DNA of 64,000 nt from Planctomycetota bacterium (GTDB lineage Bacteria; Planctomycetota; Phycisphaerae; WQYP01): positions 2,076 to 66,075 of the forward strand of contig JAKAVA010000041.1 in NCBI GenBank assembly GCA_021827645.1, written 5' to 3'. The notes beneath the pieces are model-generated. The model did not search any database and was not told where the DNA came from. It saw only the letters and a list, made by a program, of their open reading frames with translations. A program made the position numbers and the translations under genes. This document shows, piece after piece, positions 59,197 through 64,000 of this stretch. How positions within the stretch are numbered: position 1 is the stretch's first letter; each line of letters opens with the position of its first letter.

Positions 59197-60471
59197 TCAG
59201 ATTTCAAGTAAAAGTCGCGACGGATCTTCAAGCGATTCTTTGACGTGCACCAGAAACGTCACCGCCTGCTGCCCGTCAATAATTCGGTGATCATACGATA
59301 AGGCCACATACATCATCGGGCGGATGACAATTTGATCGTTCACCACAACCGCACGTTTTTCAATCTTGTGCAGCCCGAGGATGGCCGACTGCGGCGGATT
59401 GAGAATCGGCGTCGACATCAACGATCCGAAAACGCCGCCGTTGGTGATGGTGAAGGTGCCGCCAGTCAGATCATCCATTGCGATTTTGCCTTCGCGGGCC
59501 TTGGTGGCCAGGCGTTTGATTTCCAGTTCAATTTGCGCCATGGTCATCCGGTCGGCATTCCGCACGACGGGTACGACCAATCCCTTTTCCGTCGCCACCG
59601 CAACGCCCAGATGCATGCGATGTTTGTAGACGATCGTTTTATCCTGCAGTTGGGCGTTGACTGCGGGCACAGCCTTGGCGGCGGCACAGACGGCGCGGCC
59701 GAAGAAGGATAAAAATCCAAGCCCGACGCTGTGGGTCTTTTCAAACTTTTCCTTATACTTTTCCCGCAGTGCCATCACGGCCGACATGTCGATTTCATTA
59801 AATGTTGTCAAAATGGCAGCGGTGTGCTGGGCCTCCACCAGCCGTTTGGCAATGGTTTCCCGCAGCTTGCTCAATTCGACGCGTGTTTCCTCATCCGAAG
59901 CGGGCGCCTCGCGGGGGGGCGTACGGACGGAATTCGAATTCCGGGCATCACGCGATTGTTGCCCTGCGGCGGCATCGGCGGTCGAAATATTGTTTCCGCT
60001 GATGAATTGCAGCACATCTCCTTTGGTGATGCGGTTGCCGGGGCCTGTGGCGGGGATTTTAGACGCATCAAGCTGATTTTCAGTCACCAGTCGCTGGACG
60101 GACGGCGCCAGCGGTTTATCCCCTGCGGTTTTTGCGGCGGCTGGGGCGGGTGTGGGTGCTGACGATTTGGTTTCAGCTGATGGCTTGGCCGACGTCGCCG
60201 TGGCATCGGTCGTGGTTTTGGGCGCCGCGCCAGGTTCAATTCGGGCAATCACATCGCCGACGTTAACCGTCTTTCCCTGATTGCAGACAATCCGCAGAAC
60301 GCCCGAGTTACCTGCAGGCAATTCAACGGTCGCTTTATCGGTTTCCAGTTCGGCTACCACATCATCCGGGCCGACAAACTGCCCGTCGCTTTTCACCCAG
60401 TTGGCGATGCGGGCTTCTGTAACCGATTCCCCCAACCCGGGGACTTGAAGATCAATAACGGTAGAGGGCAT
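59197..60471 (-). CDS. sucB: Dihydrolipoamide succinyltransferase (E2 of 2-oxoglutarate dehydrogenase)
   Basis: Lipoyl [38 protein letters not shown]. Confidence 0.96.
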   Translation of the reverse strand: MPSTVIDLQVPGLGESVTEARIANWVKSDGQFVGPDDVVAELETDKATVELPAGNSGVLRIVCNQGKTVNVGDVIARIEPGAAPKTTTDATATSAKPSAETKSSAPTPAPAAAKTAGDKPLAPSVQRLVTENQLDASKIPATGPGNRITKGDVLQFISGNNISTADAAAGQQSRDARNSNSVRTPPREAPASDEETRVELSKLRETIAKRLVEAQHTAAILTTFNEIDMSAVMALREKYKEKFEKTHSVGLGFLSFFGRAVCAAAKAVPAVNAQLQDKTIVYKHRMHLGVAVATEKGLVVPVVRNADRMTMAQIELEIKRLATKAREGKIAMDDLTGGTFTITNGGVFGSLMSTPILNPPQSAILGLHKIEKRAVVVNDQIVIRPMMYVALSYDHRIIDGQQAVTFLVHVKESLEDPSRLLLEI

Positions 60472-60595
60472 AAATCAACATCCTGAAAACCAAAAATCAA
60501 TACCATCAGCACGATAACGCGCCCGGCAGTCATTACGCAAACGCACCGGCGCCGCCCGTGCCGGGGTGGTTCCACTTCGAGAGCCGAACCTGCGG

Positions 60596-63415
60596 CTACT
60601 TGGCAATAGGTACACCTTCGCGTACTTCAACATCGCTGGGCTGAACAATCTTCGAGGCCGGTGCTGGCGTTTTTGACGCCGGTGGCTGAATGCTCAGCGC
60701 CTTGGCGATAATTTCTGCCTGCTCCTGCACATGCCGTTCGTGCGATCCGGCAGCCGGTGAACTCGACGGCTTGCGCCCGATATACACCAGTTTCTGCATG
60801 CCGGGCCAATGATAATGAAGCTTGGCTCCGATGAACGGATAGACGCCGTTGTTGCGTGGCTCCTCCTGCACCCAGTACATCTCCACCCCCTTGGGGTAGG
60901 TGCGGGCGATTTCCGTCAGGCGTTCCGCATGGAACGGATAGATCTGCTCCAGCCGCAGAATGGCAATGTCCTCGATCCGGTGCTTCTGGCGTTCGGCAAG
61001 CAACTCATAATAAATTTTTCCAGAACACATGATTACCCGACGGACGCGCGACCGGTCGATCGGGTGCGTTTCGTCGATGATTTCTTCAAACTGTCCGTGT
61101 GAAAATTCCTTCAGTTCGGAAACCGCCTGCTTGGCTCGCAGCAGGCTCTTGGGCGCCATCACAATCAGCGGTTTTCGGAACGCGCGAATCACCTGCCGCC
61201 GCAGCAGATGAAAATACTGAGCCGGGGTTGTCGGATTGCAAACCTGGATGTTGTCCTCCGCAGCAAGCTGCAGGAATCGCTCCAGCCGGGCGTGCGAATG
61301 CTCGGGCCCCTGGCCTTCATAGCCATGGGGCAGCAGCATCACCAGCCCGTTATATTTGCCCCATTTGGTTTCCGCGCTGACGATGAATTGGTCGATGATC
61401 GGTTGGGCCATGTTCACAAAGTCGCCGAACTGGGCCTCCCACATCACGAGTGCCATCGGGTCGGCGGATGCAAAACCGAATTCAAAGCCGACCACCGCCA
61501 GCTCCGAGAGCATGGTATTGATGATGGTAAATCGCGAGCGATTACCCGCAAACGCCACCAGCGGCGAAAACGCCTCGCCCGTCTTATGGTCGTAGATGAC
61601 CGCGTTCCGGTGGCTGAACGTGCCCCGGCAGACATCCTGCCCGGTGAGCCGCACCCATGTGCCCGAATCCAGCAGAGAACCAATGGCGAGCATTTCACCC
61701 GTACCCCAGTCAATACCCGAGCCGCTGACGACGGCATCAAGCCGCGCCTTGTACATCTGGGTGATTTTGGTATGAGGAGTGAAGTTATCGGGGAACTTGC
61801 AGATTTGTCGGGTGATTTCAATGAGTTTGGTTTCCGGTACAGCAGTGGGGACCCGCCAGTCCGCAATCTTCGCGGGTACTTTCAGCAGGTCTTTCCAAGG
61901 GCCGTGCGTCGCCGGTGCGCTTTCCGTCGGTTTGAAAGTCTTGGCGTATTCGTGCGATTTATCAAGCCGATCGCGAATGCTGTGGGCCATCTGATCCAGT
62001 TCCGCCGAAGACGCAACTCGCTCAGTCAGAAGCCGCTCGGCGTAAAGCTCGCGGGTCGTTTTGTGTTTGGAAATGGTTTCGTACATCAGTGGCTGGGTTA
62101 CTGATGGGTCATCAAGTTCATTGTGGCCACGGCGGCGGTAGCACACCAGATCGATAATCACATCCGCTTTGAATTTCTGCCGGAACGCCATTGCAAGGCG
62201 GGCGGCGTGGACCACGGCTTCCGGATCGTCGCCGTTGACGTGAAACACCGGTGCCTGAATTGCCTTGGCGGCATCGGAAGGATAGCGCGTGAATCGGGCA
62301 TCCTTGGGATCTGTTGTAAAGCCGATCTGATTATTGACAATAATGTGAATGGTGCCGCCGGTGCGATACGCCTCAAGTTCTGAAAGATAAAGCGTTTCCA
62401 CCACAACACCCTGACCGGTGAAAGCCGCGTCGCCATGAATGAGCACGGGAATCACCTGCTGTCGGTCCACATCTCCCTTGCGATTTTGCTTGGCGCGAAC
62501 AATTCCTTCGACGATCGGATCCACAATCTCCAGATGGCTGGGGTTCGATGCGAGAGAAAGGTGCATCTGCTTGCCACATCCGGTGATGATGTCGCATGCG
62601 TAACCGAGATGGTATTTGACGTCCCCATCCCCCTGCGACTTCTGGGGCCGGTCCATCACTTCGCTCATGATGACTTCGTACGGTTTGCGGAAGATATGGG
62701 CCAGCACGTTCAGCCGACCGCGATGTGCCATGCCGGTTATTAATTCATCGGCACCGAGTTCCGAGGCGGTGTCAATCAATTCATCCATCAGAGGGATGAG
62801 GGATTCCGCACCCTCGATGGAGAACCGCTTCACCGTCGGATGCCGACGCTGGAGGAATTGCTCAAATTCTTCCGCGGCAATCACGCGCGCCAAAATCGCT
62901 TTGCGTTTCTCGGCGGTAAGGGCGGGTTTATTGAGGATCGGTTCCATCCCCTCCTGCAGAAATGCCCGCTGGGCTGGATCGCGAATGTCCATATATTCAA
63001 CTGCAAGCGTGCCGCAATACGTGGTGCGGAGCATCTCAATTAACTGCCGCAGCGGCACCGGAGCACCGCCGCCGAAGGTGCCCGTAGCGACCGTGCGATC
63101 CAAGTCCGCTTCCGTCAGGCCGAATTCTGAAAGCTCAAGCAGCGGGTGACGAAGCGTGTTATTTCCCAACGGGTCCAGATTGGCGATCAGGTGCCCCATC
63201 TCCCGGTAGCTGTGAATCAGATCGCCGACGGCAAGGACCGTTGCTCCGGCCTCATCGGCCGGTGACAGGGCCGCCCGGGGAGGGGCTCCGGCCGCCAGGT
63301 CAAAACCGCGAAAAAACCAATCCCACTGTCGGTCGACCGATCCGGGGTCTTTTTGCCATTGGGAATAAAGCGAATCAAGAAACTCGGGGCTGTATGCATT
63401 AATTGAATCGGACAT
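60596..63415 (-). CDS. sucA: 2-oxoglutarate dehydrogenase E1
   Basis: KRFSIEGAE, GMAHRGRLNVL, GDVKYHLG, HGDAAF, WEAQFGDF, GQGPEHSHAR; start 63415 or 63448. Confidence 0.96.
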   Translation of the reverse strand: MSDSINAYSPEFLDSLYSQWQKDPGSVDRQWDWFFRGFDLAAGAPPRAALSPADEAGATVLAVGDLIHSYREMGHLIANLDPLGNNTLRHPLLELSEFGLTEADLDRTVATGTFGGGAPVPLRQLIEMLRTTYCGTLAVEYMDIRDPAQRAFLQEGMEPILNKPALTAEKRKAILARVIAAEEFEQFLQRRHPTVKRFSIEGAESLIPLMDELIDTASELGADELITGMAHRGRLNVLAHIFRKPYEVIMSEVMDRPQKSQGDGDVKYHLGYACDIITGCGKQMHLSLASNPSHLEIVDPIVEGIVRAKQNRKGDVDRQQVIPVLIHGDAAFTGQGVVVETLYLSELEAYRTGGTIHIIVNNQIGFTTDPKDARFTRYPSDAAKAIQAPVFHVNGDDPEAVVHAARLAMAFRQKFKADVIIDLVCYRRRGHNELDDPSVTQPLMYETISKHKTTRELYAERLLTERVASSAELDQMAHSIRDRLDKSHEYAKTFKPTESAPATHGPWKDLLKVPAKIADWRVPTAVPETKLIEITRQICKFPDNFTPHTKITQMYKARLDAVVSGSGIDWGTGEMLAIGSLLDSGTWVRLTGQDVCRGTFSHRNAVIYDHKTGEAFSPLVAFAGNRSRFTIINTMLSELAVVGFEFGFASADPMALVMWEAQFGDFVNMAQPIIDQFIVSAETKWGKYNGLVMLLPHGYEGQGPEHSHARLERFLQLAAEDNIQVCNPTTPAQYFHLLRRQVIRAFRKPLIVMAPKSLLRAKQAVSELKEFSHGQFEEIIDETHPIDRSRVRRVIMCSGKIYYELLAERQKHRIEDIAILRLEQIYPFHAERLTEIARTYPKGVEMYWVQEEPRNNGVYPFIGAKLHYHWPGMQKLVYIGRKPSSSPAAGSHERHVQEQAEIIAKALSIQPPASKTPAPASKIVQPSDVEVREGVPIAK

Positions 63416-64000
63416 ACGGCCCAACTTACTGCCACCAGAACTTTCCACGTGAAAACTCCAAAAAACACGGCGTCTTCTAATGAATGTTACGCCGATCGCT
63501 GAGCAAATGCCTCAATCGCTGCAGGGCCTGTACCCTGCGTGATCTTGCCGTGCATACCAAGCACTCTTCATCGGATTATATTGCAAATATCGCGGCTTCT
63601 GAAATAGGCTCATGCAATTCACCATCAATGGCCTCCATACCCTTCTCATCGGGTATCCGCACGCTCCCCACGCGGGGGCAGACTCCATTCCGCCGTCACC
63701 CTATTTTATCGGACAATGCGTTGCAGATTCAACATCCGAAAGCTTTCGGCGCGAATGCCGACTGGAAACGGCGGCTATTTGTGGTTTTTAGTTCGTGTAT
63801 AACGCCATGTATTTTATGTGGTTATGCTGTATTTTGAAACACCTCGCCGGCCGGAATGCCAACAGAAACCCGCAATCGCCTTGAACGCTTCCACCGGCTG
63901 GCCGGCACTCGAAACATCGCCCGCCAGGCAGTGTTAACTGCACGTTACGTGTGTCTGGTTTCAGACTGCCGTTCACGGCACCGAGCCCTTATCTCTCCCC

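Noticed and set aside
63450-64000. ncRNA or riboswitch upstream of sucA
   Set aside because: Only generic GC hairpins, no recognisable consensus, and context truncated by the window edge

Overview
A GC-rich bacterial chromosome segment, probably from a planctomycete (Phycisphaerae-like). That assignment is inferred from a prepilin/H-X9-DG (DUF1559-type) gene, a PEP-CTERM protein, Tat-exported sulfatase/GH enzymes and an rpsF-ssb-rplI cluster without rpsR. The strongly basic exported proteins hint at an acidophile. Housekeeping blocks are prs-rplY-pth-rpsF-ssb-rplI; hemB/ppx/CHAD/hemC/ppi/nth; sahR-ahcY divergent from manA-rluB-metH; and sucA-sucB-...-lpxD. Three accessory blocks lie between them. 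(1) About 3.7-16.5 kb: a glycan/sulfate-ester utilisation locus led by a pilin-like DUF1559 gene, which has a 5'-truncated, stop-containing paralog just upstream, plus two sulfatases, a XylR-type regulator, GH128, an MFS permease and a GH116 with an inserted GATase1-like domain. (2) About 36-47 kb: a GAF-PAS-GGDEF-EAL protein, an RND pump and MbfA, ending at tRNA-Leu(TAA). (3) About 47-56 kb: xylE, an atypical xylose-isomerase homologue, an orphan XRE-S24 repressor, and YHYH, PEP-CTERM and GGDEF genes. I saw no CRISPR array, reverse transcriptase, integrase or transposase. The best candidates for new biology are the DUF1559-led glycan locus with its truncated pilin-like copy, a direct-repeat-bounded structured element in the xylR/GH128 spacer, and several enzymes with altered catalytic motifs. 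All calls come from motif recognition by eye; no database searches were run.
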